Positions 1-16,200 of a stretch of DNA of 64,000 nucleotides are shown here, piece by piece; within the stretch, counting starts at the first letter, position 1; every line of letters begins with the position of its first letter. The DNA is taken from positions 19,934 to 83,933 of the forward strand of contig PS015058.1 of the NCBI GenBank assembly GCA_048213135.1, written 5' to 3'. This DNA comes from Reclinomonas americana ATCC 50394 (Eukaryota). The position numbers and the translations under genes are program-made. Under the pieces are notes generated by a model. It was given only the letters and a program-made list of their open reading frames with translations. It did no database searches and had not been told where the DNA came from.

Positions 1-16
1 TCGACGGACGCACGAC

Positions 17-23
17 TATAAAA
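17..23 (+). promoter_or_regulatory. possible TATA box of the first gene
   Basis: TATAAAA about 60 nt upstream of the ATG at 83; motif match only. Confidence 0.25.
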
Positions 24-82
24 CCTACGCGTTTTGTTTCTTCCTCGCCGACGCGATCACCACTCTCACACACACACACACA

Positions 83-110
83 ATGAGCGCGAAGGTAGCT
101 ACATCTCTCT

Positions 111-149
<39 letters not shown>

Positions 150-1201
150 TCCCTTCCACTCACGCATCTCCGACAGACTCTTCCCGTGCAAGTCGCCTTT
201 GGTGACCATACACACCAGATCGTGCTGAAAGGCCTCTCTGCAAGCTCGCCACTACAATCTCTGGTCCGTCGCCTCTCCCTCTCCCTCTCTCTCACCCTCT
301 CACCAACAATGCCTCCCGCAGTTGTCGAAGGTGCTGGCGCGCGCCTCTGCACAGTGGGTGTCACCGTGGCTCTCCGTCAGCGACATCCTCATCAACAGCT
401 CGGTGCACGCCGACGCCGAGATGGATCGCCAGGCATCACTGGCCGATCTCGGCATCGTCGTGCCCGAGACAGCTGCCTCTGCCGCCTCTGCTGCCTCCGC
501 CGCGGTCAAGGACGACTCGGAGGTGGAGATGGTGGACGCGGCTGCTGCTCCTGCTGCTGCTCCGCGCGTCACCATCACACTGGTCGATCGTCCGCCATCG
601 CCCGCCGCCGCCCAGGCTGTCAAGCCGGAAAAGGCGGCTTCTTCCCCTCCGCCGGCCGCGCGTGGTGTGAAGCGTGCGGCCGAGGGAGCGGCCTCGTCGT
701 CGGAGACACCGGCGCCGCCTATCAAGCGCGCCAAGCGCCAGAGCACTCTGTATGGTTTCGGGAGTGGCAGCAAGGCCAGTGGCAGCGGTGGCGATTCGGT
801 CAACACGCCGGTGCTGGAGTTGATTGCCGACTTGCTGCCCAAGGCCGCTGCGTCGCTCCATGAGGACGACGGCAAGGGCGGTTCGGCGTCGTCCTCCACT
901 GCACCACTGTCGTGCACCGACTATGCCGGTTGCGTATCCTTCTTCTTTGCGGAGCACAATATTTTTCTTTGTCACTCATTCATTCCTCTGTCTCGCACAC
1001 AGCCATGGGCAATGTCGGCGTCGACATTCCCGTGCACTACTCGGCCATCAAGCACGCCGTGCATGGCCGCTCTGGCAGCACACCGGCTGGCGCGCGCTGG
1101 GACTGGAAGTATGTGGCGCGCCTCGACATTGGCCTCGACGGCACCATGCATCTGACTGGCGACAAGGTTCATTGCTCTTCCTTTTCCTCCTCCTCCGCAT
1201 C

Positions 1202-1243
<42 letters not shown>

Positions 1244-1869
1244 ACGTGCGCGCAGTACCAAGGTGCCTTCGACTACAACACCGGCCGCTGGTCGGGCATT
1301 CGCAAGCCCGCCGAGTTCCTGCAGCTGTCGCTGGCCGACAAGGACGAGGAGTCGGCGCACGCCAAGCGCATGTCCGACGCCAAGGAGCACCTGACCGAGA
1401 ACGGCAAGTGGTCGCGCAACGGCACCAGCTTCCAGGGCAAGCACTACAAGGGCATGGCTGTCGGTGGTGCGCATCACTGGTCGTACACAGACGCGCAGTT
1501 CTCGCCCGACGGCTGGTTCGCCAAGGACGTGGACTGGACCGAGACCAAGGTCCACATTGACCGCTGGCTGCTGGATGTTGCGTGACGACAAATCCCTGCA
1601 TGCGCTGCACATGTGCTGACTCATTCTTTTTTTCCCGACAGGTTCATGGTCGCATGGAGAGTGCACAGGCGGGTTCGTACCTGCTGCTGGCCGACCAGAT
1701 CGCCACCAAGACCAGTGGCCGCGCCAACGAGTATCGCGTCGACATGGATGGCGTGCTCATCCGCCTCGGCGACACGTACGACAAGACACTGCGCGACGCC
1801 ATCCTCATGCACGAGATGAAGAAGGGCCCGGTGTCGCGCCACTACCACTTCAACGTGCTGCCGAGCTGA
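83..1869 (+). CDS. multi-exon uncharacterized protein: Ala/Pro/Ser-rich middle and a C-terminal domain resembling a conserved bacterial/fungal hypothetical protein
   Basis: GT-AG introns join the frames MSAK|IVLKGLS...|LSKVLARA...DYA|AMGNVGVD...GDK|YQGAFDYNTGRW...LLD|VHGRMES...NVLPS*. The C-terminal part reads HYKGMAVGGAHHWSY...WTETKVHIDRW...ADQIATKTSGRANEYRVDMDG. The start exon is tentative. Confidence 0.65.
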
Positions 1870-2081
1870 GCGATCGAGTGAAAATGTACAGACGTGAAGT
1901 AGTCACCCCGACGACGACGACGACAGCAGCAACAGCAGCAGCAAGACAGAAAGGCGAGGCGTTCCGCAGTCAGCATAGTGCAGAGCAGCAGAGGCAGATG
2001 TGAGTGCGAGCGAGTGAGAGTGACGAAGACGAAAACAATGAAGACGGCGCTTCACTCAAAAAAACATGTCAGCCCTTGACC

Positions 2082-5409
<3,328 letters not shown>

Positions 5410-5609
5410 CAAAGTGCACAGAAGCCACCAGAGGCACAGAGGTGGAGACAGCGGAGAGTGAAGAGCCGACAACAGCACAGAACCACGAGTAGCGGCCACA
5501 GGCAAAGCAATCAATGAGAGTCGCGCGCGAGCCATTGTCATCCATGCAATAAAGCGCGGGAAGCCGAACTGAGCGTTTACACTTTTGTTTTGCCGTGCGT
5601 CGTCGAGCC

Positions 5610-7163
5610 ATGGAAGACGACTTTGCATCGGCGGCTGCCAATGGAGACAGCAAGTTTGTGTCGTTGTCGGTGCCGGATGATCCGTTGAGCGACGACGAGG
5701 GCGGTGGAAGCAGCTCGCGAGGGCGGGCGCGACGCGGCAGTGATGATGGGGAAGGCGATGGCGATGATGTGCCTGACAGTGCCGATGTCGACTATGCGCA
5801 TGGTGGCGCTGGTGGCTTTGGTGGTGCGTGTGTGCGTGTGACCAAAGTGTGCCATTGCGCGCGAAATTTGACCATTCAACGTCTGCGTTGTGTAGGATCG
5901 ACACATCTCGACTTGTCAGAGTTCATTGTGCACCCGCACTGCGTGTTGTGGATCAAGGAGCAGGTCATCAATGCGGGCTTTGGGCCCGAGTCGGCGTGGG
6001 ACTTGATGGCCACGGATGTCATTCGGCAGTTTCTCAGCAATCCGACCTCGCGCGTCTTTTTCGTGTCATGGCGTGAGGTTGGCGTGCATGGAGCGGCGGG
6101 GACGCCGGGCTCGAGCATGATGAATTCGCCGCATATGACGGCCAGTGCGCATGGCCCCAGCGCCAATGGAACGGCGCCGGTGTCCATGTCGGGAAGCGCA
6201 CGACGAGCGGGACGTTGAGTCTTTGATTAGTCTCTCCCTTCCCCTATCATCGCTGACTTGCCATGGTGGACAGGTGGCGCTGGCCAACTGACGCCGACAA
6301 AGCGCGGTGGTGCCGAGCATGGAGCGACACTGGGTGCGCCGAGTGCCGCCGACGCGAGTGGCTCCGACGAGCACCGCATGATGGTGTCGTTCTCGTTCCG
6401 CCCGCCGCACGGACAGCCGTCGGAGATCATGTGGTTTGTGCGCTCGACCACCGACGTGATTGACGACACCAACGTGTTGCAAGTCGTCAAGTTTGGCGTC
6501 ATTCGCGGCGGCAACGTGCTGGAGAGCCTCCTGCGCATGATGGAGCGCTTGTATGTGCCCATGCTGCTGCAGAACGACTCGTGGCCCGACAGTTGCGGCC
6601 GCTGTCCACTCCCTCCTTCTTCTTCTGCGGAGGAAGAGTGCTGCTGGTCGCTGACGATGATGGTGTTGTAGGCATCAAGAAGGACTTTGCGTCGCACGTG
6701 CATCGCTTTATGGCCAGCTTGACAGAGACGGTGCACCAGCTGAAGGGTTCCACCGTGCTGTACGTGCCGGTGGATCGTATCGACGACCCCGATGGAGCGT
6801 CCCGCGACAAGGATTTGCTGCAGACTCTCGAGTGTTTCGTCTCGCATCGTTGTCGTCACTCTTTCTTCCCCCTTCCTCCCCACTGAGTGATTGAAAAAAT
6901 TGTGTCGCAGCGGCCCTGATTGGCTGGACGCGCCAGATCAAGGAGGTGGTCAACGAAAAAGACAGCTTCGACAGCTCCGACAGCGGCCCGCTGGCCGAGA
7001 TTGAGTTCTGGCGGTCACGCACTGAGGATTTGACGGGCATTTTGGTGCAACTGAACCGCCAAGACGTGCTCACCATTCAGGCGGTGCTGGAGAAGGCCAA
7101 CTCGCCGTACCTCAAGACATTCCAGGACCAGCGCAAGATTGTCAAGGTTTGTGCGGTGGTGTT

Positions 7164-7204
<41 letters not shown>

Positions 7205-10200
7205 CTTGGCTGACAATGCGAGTTGTCGTGGTGCAGCGCGGGTACCTGGAGGCGGAGGAGAATCTCAAGTTCTTGTCGACACTCAAGGCACCGTGCGAGG
7301 TGCTGTCCAAGGCGCGGCCACGTGAGATCCCGCAGATCTTGCCCGGAATCCTGTACCGCGTGCGCCTCATCTGGGAAATGTCGAAGCATTTCAACAACAG
7401 CGATCGCATGGTCGGCCTGCTGCGCAAGATCAGCAACGAAATCATCAACCGTTGCTGCGCGCACATTTCGCTGGAGGACATTTTCGACGGCGACGTGCTG
7501 GAGAGCCTGCGCATCCTGCACGAGTGCATCGAGGCCGGCAACGCATGGGAACACATTTACACCCAGACGGCACAGCGCATTCAGGTGGCGGCCACCCGTC
7601 TCGATGCGCACAAGCCAGCGGATTCCAGCGGCCCCTCATTCGCGGAGCATGTGTGGGACTTTGACCCGAGCACCATTTTTGCCGAGGTCAACGCCTTCAA
7701 GCAGCGCTGCCAGGATCTGATCGAGGTGTGCGAGGGTCAGATGCAGTTTGCCAGCAAGGCCGTGGTGGAGGGCACTGAGGTTTGTTCCACTGCTTGTCTT
7801 GCGGCAGCCATGTGAGTGACTGACAACTGGTCCGCGCAGACCGGTTTCCCGGTGTTTGGTGGCGCTCGTGGTCGCGAAATCTCCAAGAGTCTGCTCGACA
7901 TCCGCGCCAGCTTCCAGAAGAACATTCAGGTGCTGCAGGGCCTCGACTACGACATTCTCGATGTGAAGTCCACTCTCTGGCACGACGACTACTCGGTGTT
8001 CAAGAAGGGCCTGAAGGAGCTCGAAGTCATGCTGCAGAATGTCATTCAGATGGCGTTCCAGTCGATGCGCTCGGTCAACGAAGGCGTGGAGCTGCTGGAG
8101 GCCTTTACGCTGCTGGCAAAGCGCGAGAACATCAAGCGCACCGTGCATCGCATGACCTCTGACGTGTTCCAGCTGTTCTTGCTGGTTCGTGGCGCTCGTC
8201 TGGCGTGTTGTCTGTCGCTGTCGAGTCGTACTCACCTCTTTCCCTCCCACATTTTGCAGGACATGGCGGTGGTGAAGAAAGAGTTCGATGTGCACAAGCG
8301 CAACCCGCCGCTGTTGCCTTTCTACCCGGTGTTCTCCGGAGCCGCCATGTGGGCGCAGAGTCTGCTGGACCGCGTGGCGCACCAATGGGTACGCATCCTA
8401 TCATTTATTCCATGTGATGCTTCCCCTCCATCTAAGAAATCTCACTCCCTTTCTGTATTACAGGCGGCGCTGGAGGAGGCGCACCACTACCTCGAGGCGA
8501 CGCCAGAGGCTGAGGAGGCCGCTCGTGAGTTCCACTCACTGCGCCAGTCCATCGATGTGCACATCAAATCTGTTGCGTGCCCACCACCTCGCGTCGGCAC
8601 TCCCTCTGGTGCATGCACTCATCTCCTTTCCCCCTTCGTTGTAGATTGTGTACAAGGACTGGTTGGAGTCGATCGAGGACGACCTCGACTCGAAGCTGGA
8701 GAAGAGCCTCATGATCCGTGTCGGTGGTGCCGACGGTCTGCTCGAGTGCAACTTTGACCAGTCGCTGCTCCGCCTCTTCCAGGAGGCGCGCTTCTGGGGC
8801 AAGCTGCACATGAGTCTGCCGCTGCACGCCATGGACATTGTCGGTCGCGAGGAGAGCTTCCGCCTGCTGCGTGACAATGTGATGCTGCTGGTCCGCGACT
8901 ACAACGACATTCTCTTGGCGCTGACGCCAGAGGAGCGACGACTGTTCGCCGAGCGTGTCAGCACGCTGAACAAGAAGATCAACACCGGCATCACCAAGCT
9001 CACGTGGACAAGCCCGGTCATCATGAACTTTGTGCGCGAGTGCCGCGCCTCGTGCCGTGTGGTCTACAAGGTATATGCACGCGTGCACACGCACTTATGC
9101 GTGTTCTGCGAGTGTCTTATCTCATGTTGTTTTCTTCGTGCTCGACAGACTCTTATGGAGTTCAAGGAGTCCAACGTGCACATTGACCGCATCTGCCGTA
9201 CCGTGTTTGGCGACACGCTGCTCATCAAGATCGAGCCGAAGACTGTGTATGCCAAGGCGCAGTTCATCGAGATGCAGGAGAAGTGCCGCCAGCAGGTCAT
9301 GATGACGCTGCGACGCGCGCATCAGGAGGTGCTCGGCTACATGGAGAAGGTGATTTTCGCGAATGGCGTGTCGCGCTATTCTGTTGCGTGCTGCTGACTC
9401 ACCGTGTGCTTCGCAGTCGTACGAGTACTTCCGCTACGACAAGGACCCGCGCATCCACAAGGAGTGGGAAAAGTACGTGGAGAAGATCGACCAAAAGGTG
9501 AGCGATGAAGATGGTGTCCCCTTCAGGCACATGCGCTTATCCCGGTGACTCTGCAGGTCGAGGACGCGCTCCGCGTGTCCGTCAAGCGCTCGCTCTCGAC
9601 GCTCTTCCGCGCCATCATGGGTGACAAGAACACCGAGGTGCAGCCGCTCTTCCTGGTGTACGTGGTGCTTGAGCGTGGTTCGGTCGAGTTCCAGCCGCGC
9701 CTCGAGGAGCTCATTGAGATTGTGTCGCGCATCTCTGGAGTTTCGTTCAACACGCATAAAGTCGATAGGCATGCCACTGTTGCTGACTCGCTCTTGCTGT
9801 GCACAGGATGCTGTGGCTCTGCTGAAGAACGTGAAGCGCGTCAGCGATCAGCTGCAGCTGCGTCGCCTGTTGGAGGAGCACGAGCAGCGTGTGGCCGAGG
9901 GTCTGGAAGATGGTCCACCGGTGCGTGTGAGAATTGCAAAGTTGTTGCTTCTGTTGTGTTGACTGACTGCGCGCCACAGAAATGGAACGTCGACAACGTG
10001 TCAGACCGACCGTCGTTCCACAAGATCATTTCGGTGGAAGAAGGTGATTTCGTGTGCAGTCACGTGCCTCTCCTCTCTCTTTATCGCTCATTTTCCCCTC
10101 CCAGACACCGTCAACACACTGGTGTCGATTCGCGGTGGCATGGAGGGCACGAAGAGCGATGTGGCGGTTTGTAAAACCTTCGCTTCTCGCTCTCTTTGCA

Positions 10201-13200
10201 CACACAATCTCACACGCTGCTCGGCGCAGATGTACACGGACGACTGGAAGACAAACTACAGCCGCGTGTGGGTGGATGTGCAGTCGACCTACATTCGTCG
10301 TTTTGGTCAGTCACTCATCGCGCCCTTGTATTCCTTACATGCACGCCCCCACCTCACCGATCACTTGCGCAGCCAACAAGTCGCCCTCGCTGGACGTCTT
10401 CCGCGAGAAGATCGACACGTATCGCAACTACCAGTTCGAAGTCACCAACCGTCAGGTGCGTCGTGTCACTGCTCCGATGTTGGCAGACTGTTTTCTCTCT
10501 TTTCCCTAATCAATCCACTTGCCTGCCCGCAGACAACGACCAACATTGCCTTCCTCAAGGTCGACTGCTCGCTCCTCAAGCAGAGCATTATCTCGCTGTG
10601 CTCGTCGTGGCAGAGCGAGTTCTTCAACCTGCTCAACAAGATGGCACACGACGACATGGAGGAGCTGTACTCGTACTTCCGCAACCACAAGAATCGCTTG
10701 CGCCAGAAGCCCGAGGATCTCGATGCGCTGCACAATGCCTTCGAGCTCGTCGACGTGCGTTCTTTGTGTCGTGCGTGTGTCTGTGTGTGTTGTCAGTGCG
10801 CTCATGGCGTGATGTGACGGGGGTGGCAGAACTTGGAGAGTGGACTGGAGCTCAAGCACAAGGCACACGAGGACATCAATGCCAAGTACAAGACGCTGTA
10901 CGACTACGACGTGCCTGTTCGCGAGGAAGAAAAGGTCCGCCTTCCGTGTCTATCTTGCAAGTCTTTCTTCCCTTCTATTGACAAGTGTGTGTGTGCATTT
11001 TGTAGGCATCGTTGGCTGGCCTGCATGCAGCCTTTGCCGACTTTGAGCAGGCCATTCAGGAGGCACGATGGATGCTGCAGGAGCAGCAGGAGGTGCTGCG
11101 CAAGCGCCTGCTCTCCGACCTCGACTCGTACGGCCGCGGTGTCACCGAGTTCGCCGAGGAGTTCTCTCGTGCGGCGCCGTACCAGCTGGTGCTCGGACCG
11201 GGCGAGTCGCGCACCGTGGTCATTGAGCGCGCGTTTGACGAGATCTCGCGTATGAAGCGCGAGTTGGAGCAGCGTGAGGTTTGTCTGCACAACCTCTCGT
11301 TGCGACTTTCTGGTTCTCTGCTCACCCGTTGTTCTGTGCGCAGATGTACATGAAGCAGCTGGAGGTCGGTTTGACCATGTTCAAGATCGAGCAGCCGCCA
11401 TCACGCGAGATTCAAGAAGTGCAAAAGGTGCGACTGTTGGGCGTGGCGTTGTGATTTTTGTGTTGTTGGTGTGACTTACAACTGCTGCAGGAAATTGGTT
11501 TCCTCGAGCGCATGTGGGGACTGGCTCGCCGATGGGACACCTCGTGGAACGAGTGGAAGGACGAGCGATTTGTACAAATGGATGTCGACAAGCTGGAGGA
11601 GTCTGTCGACAAGGTGCGTGCTCGGGAGCACAATAGCCGATTGCCTCAGAAACTGACCTCTCCCCTCTCTCTCGACACACACAGTTCCGCAAGGATCTCG
11701 CGGTCATTCAGCGTGACATGAAGGGCCGCACGTGGGGAGTGGCGCGCACCATCTCGGACGACATTACTAATTTCAAGTCGACGCTGCCGCTCATCCAGGA
11801 TCTCAAGAATCCGGGCATGCGCGATCGTCACTGGCGCAAGGTCATGGACAAGGTCAACACCACGTTCAACCCGTACAGCGACGATTTCCGCCTGGAGACC
11901 ATTGCCTCGCTCGGTCTCTACAACCACATCGAGTTCATCTCCAATCTGTCGGCCAGTGCCACAAAGGAGTACAAGATCGAGCGTGGCCTGCAAGACATTG
12001 AGGAGGCCTGGGCCAAGACCGGCATTGACGTGCTGCCACATCGTGAGGAGTACCTCAAGCTGTCCGTGTCGGAGGAAGTGTTTAGCGCGCTGGAAGAGCA
12101 CCAGGTGGGTGACTGCGCTATGTATACTTTTGTGTGGAATGGCGCAGATGACTGACTGCGTTTCATGTGTGTGTGCGCGTGTGTGCAGGCCACGCTCGGT
12201 GCGATGAAGATTTCGCGTTTTGTGGCCATTTTCGAGAAGAAGGTCGAGGAGTGGGAGCGCAATCTGTCCAAGATTGCCGAGTTCATCGAGGCATCGTTGC
12301 AAGTGCAGCGTCAATGGATTCACCTCGAGTCCATCTTTGGCGCGTCGCAAGACATGAAGAAGCATCTGCCGGGCGAGTCCACCATGTTCGAGTATGTCAA
12401 CGACTCGTGGGGCAAGCTGACGCGCCGGCTGCAGCAGGGTTTGTCTGCGCCCGATTGCGTGCTTACAATTGTCAACAATCTAACATGCTGCGTCAGACCC
12501 GAACGCCTTGCGCGCCACCGAGATTCCCGACGTGATCAGCACGCTCGGGGAGATGGACGAGACACTGACGCGCATCCAAAAGTCACTCGACCAGTACCTG
12601 GAGAAGAAGCGCCAGGCGTTCCCGCGTTTTTACTTCTTGTCGTCTGAGGATTTGCTTGAAATTCTCGGCCAGTCGCGTGGTACGTTGATGATCGTGAGTT
12701 CGACACGCAGCCCTTTAACGAGGTCTCATGCGCCCTCCGCAATCACGCACAGACCCGAATGCCGTGCAGAAGCACTTGAAGAAGTGCTTCGACGCCATTC
12801 ACCGCCTGCGCATTGAGGACCGTGATGGTGGACGCGGTGTCATGGCGCTCGAGATGATTAGTCCGGAGGGCGAAAAGATGGACCTGTACCCGAACCCCGT
12901 GCAGCTCGATCACAAGCCGGTCGAGGACTGGATGAAGGAGGTGCGCGTTTGTGGGGAGACTCCTCTCTCGCGTGTATGTGGAATCTCACCACACTGCTGC
13001 ACAGATCGAAGCACGCATGCGCACGTCGGTCAAGCAGAATCTGTTCTTGGCCTACAAGGACGCTCGTGCGCTGCGTCGCAGCGAGGACTACGAGAAGTGG
13101 GTGAAGAAGCACCACGGCCAGACGCTCATCACGTCGTCGCAGCTGGTGTGGACCACGTGGGTGGAGAAGGCGCTGGAGGAGTGCGTGGCGAAGGAGTCGA

Positions 13201-16200
13201 TGAAGCCGCTGCACGATCTGCGCAAGCGCTACGTTGTGTCTCCCTCTCGCTTGATCTTGCACCACTTTTTTTGCGAGGCACTCGCTCATCATCACCCGCA
13301 CACACGCACACACACAGATGGGCAAGTTGCATTGGTACGCCAACATGGTCCGTGGTCGCCTGTCGCCGCTGGATCGTAACAAGCTGGTGGCGCTCATCAC
13401 CATCGAGGTGCACGCCCGTGATGTGATTGCCGACTTGCCGCGCAAGGAGGTCAAGGGTGTCAACGACTTTGAGTGGCTCAAGCAACTGCGCTTCAACTGG
13501 TTGCGTCGCACATGCACACACACCTGCATCTATGCCTGCTTTTTGCTATTTAAGACTCACGTTGTCTGTGTAGGATTGAGGCCGAGCCGTCTGCTGGCGG
13601 ATCGGAGAACAAGCCCATGCGTTCCAACCCCGACGATCGATGCCTGTGCAGCCAGACCACAGCCACTCTCGACTACGATCTGGAGTACCTCGGCGCCAGT
13701 GGCCGTCTCGTCATCACCGAGCTCACCGATCGATGCTACATGACGCTGACCAGCGCGCTGCAGGTGCTGTTAGCCCCCCACATGTCAACGCACAGACTGC
13801 CGATTAGTGCTGACCTCGTTTTCTCCTCCTTCTCCTCCTCTCTACACCACAGTTGAAGCGCGGTGGCAACCCCCAGGGACCCGCCGGTACTGGCAAGACA
13901 GAGACTGTGAAGGATCTGGGCAAGGCCATTGCCAAGTACGTCATTGTGTTCAACTGCTCGGATCAGCTGGACATTTTGGCCCTCGGTCGCATGTTCTCTG
14001 GACTGGCACAAACCGGCGCCTGGAGCTGCTTCGACGAGTTCAACCGTATCGAAATCGAAGTGCTCTCCGTCGTCGCCCAACAGATTTACACCATTCTGTC
14101 GGCCATCACTGCCGGCGCCACCAAGTTCATCTTCGAGGGCAACGAGATTGCACTGAACCCGGCTTGCGGTATCTTTGTGACGATGAACCCGGTTCGTGAG
14201 AGACGCCGCCACTGGTTGTTGCCTCATCGTTCTGACGTCTTGTGACTTTTGTGCAGGGTTACGCCGGTCGTACGGAGCTGCCGGACAACCTGAAGGCACT
14301 GCTGCGCCCCATCTCCATGATGGTGCCCGACTCGGCTGTCATTGCCGAAATCATGCTCCAGTCCGAAGGCTTCTTGGAGTCCAAGGTGCGTCACCACTCT
14401 CTCACCTCCCCTTTTTTTCCCCCTCGTGTCTCACCTTTCCGGGAATTTGTGCAGGCGCTGGCCAAGAAGATCACGACGCTGTATGCACTCATGGTGCAGC
14501 AGCTGTCAAAGCAGGATCACTACGATTTCGGCCTGCGTGCCATCAAGTCTGTGCTGACCATGGCCGGCTCTCTGAAGCGTGCGCGCCCCGACGAGAAGGA
14601 GCAGGTGCTGCTGCTGCAGGCTTGCCGCGACATGAACGCGCCCAAGTTCGTGTCAGAAGACGTGCCGCTCTTTGGCGCCATGCTCGGTGACTTGTTCCCG
14701 GGAGTCGATCTGCCGCAGCTGGATCGAGGCGACCTGGAGCGCGCCATTTCCGACGAGATGACGCGCCGCCAGTTGGATGTGTCCCGCCACATTATCGACA
14801 AGTGCCTGCAGTTGCACGAGACCAAGAACACGCGCCACGGCAACATGCTTGTCGGTCTCACTGGCTCCGGCAAGAGTACGTGCTGGGATCTGCTGGCCAC
14901 TGCCAAGAGCAACCTGAAGAAGGAGGGCGTGCCCGGTTTCGAGGAGGTGCGCACCATTATCATCAACCCAAAGTGCTGCTGCTTGTACGGCGAGTACAAC
15001 CCCGTCACGACGGACATGACGGACGGTGTGCTGTCCAAGCACATGCGTGAGGCGTGCGATGATGAGCGCCCCGACGAGGTCAGTGGCACACTTATCTGCT
15101 CCATCCCCCTCCCCTGCATTCATCTCAATCCATCTTGTGTACAAAAACAGAAATGGCTGGTGCTCGACGGTCCCGTGGACACGCTGTGGATTGAGTCGAT
15201 GAACACGGTGCTGGACGACAACAAGCTGCTGACGCTGACCAGTGGCGAGCGCATTCAGATGACACCGCAAGTGTCGCTGCTGTTCGAGGTCAATGATTTG
15301 GCCGTTGCCTCACCGGCCACGGTGTCGCGCTGCGGTATGGTCTACTTTGACGTGGCGGATCTCGGCTGGTGGCCGGCGGTCAACGCCTGGCTGCGCCGCC
15401 GCGAGTACAACGACCTCAACCCGGACGCCATTCGCGAGCTCCTCACCAATCTGTTTGACAAGTTTGTGACCAAGGCGCTGCTGTGCCGTCGCCGTGACTG
15501 CAAGGAGCCGGTGCCCATTACGGACTTTAATGCCGTGGCCTCGCTGTGCAACCTGTTTGATGCCCTTTGTGACGCGGATCATGGTGTGGTGGCCTCGGTG
15601 AGTGACTTGCTGTTGCATTGTGAGCCAGCCATTATACTGTTTGTTGACGTGCGGTGTTTTGCACTCCGACAGGATGACCGCCACAAGGACTTGGTGGAAA
15701 TGTACTTTGTGTTTGCGCTCATCTGGACGCTCGGCGCGTCGGTCGACGAGGCCGGTCGCAAGGAGTTCGACTTGCTGGTGCGCGAAATCGATTCGCAGTT
15801 CCCGTCACGCGACACCATCTACGAGTACTACGTCGACCACGTCAACAAGGCGTGGAAGCCGTGGGAGGAGAAGGCACGTACTTTTTGCTGTCACCTGGTA
15901 CGCGCCGTCGCACAGTGACTGATTGTGCATGTCGTGTGCCCCGCAGATTCCGGCCAACTGGACGCCCAAGATCAACGAGCCGTTCTACAAGCTGTTCGTG
16001 CCCACTGTCGACACAGTGCGAAACACGTACGTTCTCAGCACGCTCATCAAGGCGCGCAAGAACGTGCTGTTGGTTGGCGCCTCCGGTACTGGCAAGACTG
16101 CGTTGGTGCAGGCGCATCTCAACCACTTGGACGACGCTCGCCACTCCAAACTCATGCTCAATCTGTCGGCGCGCACCACGTTGCGTTGCTGACAGTCACT

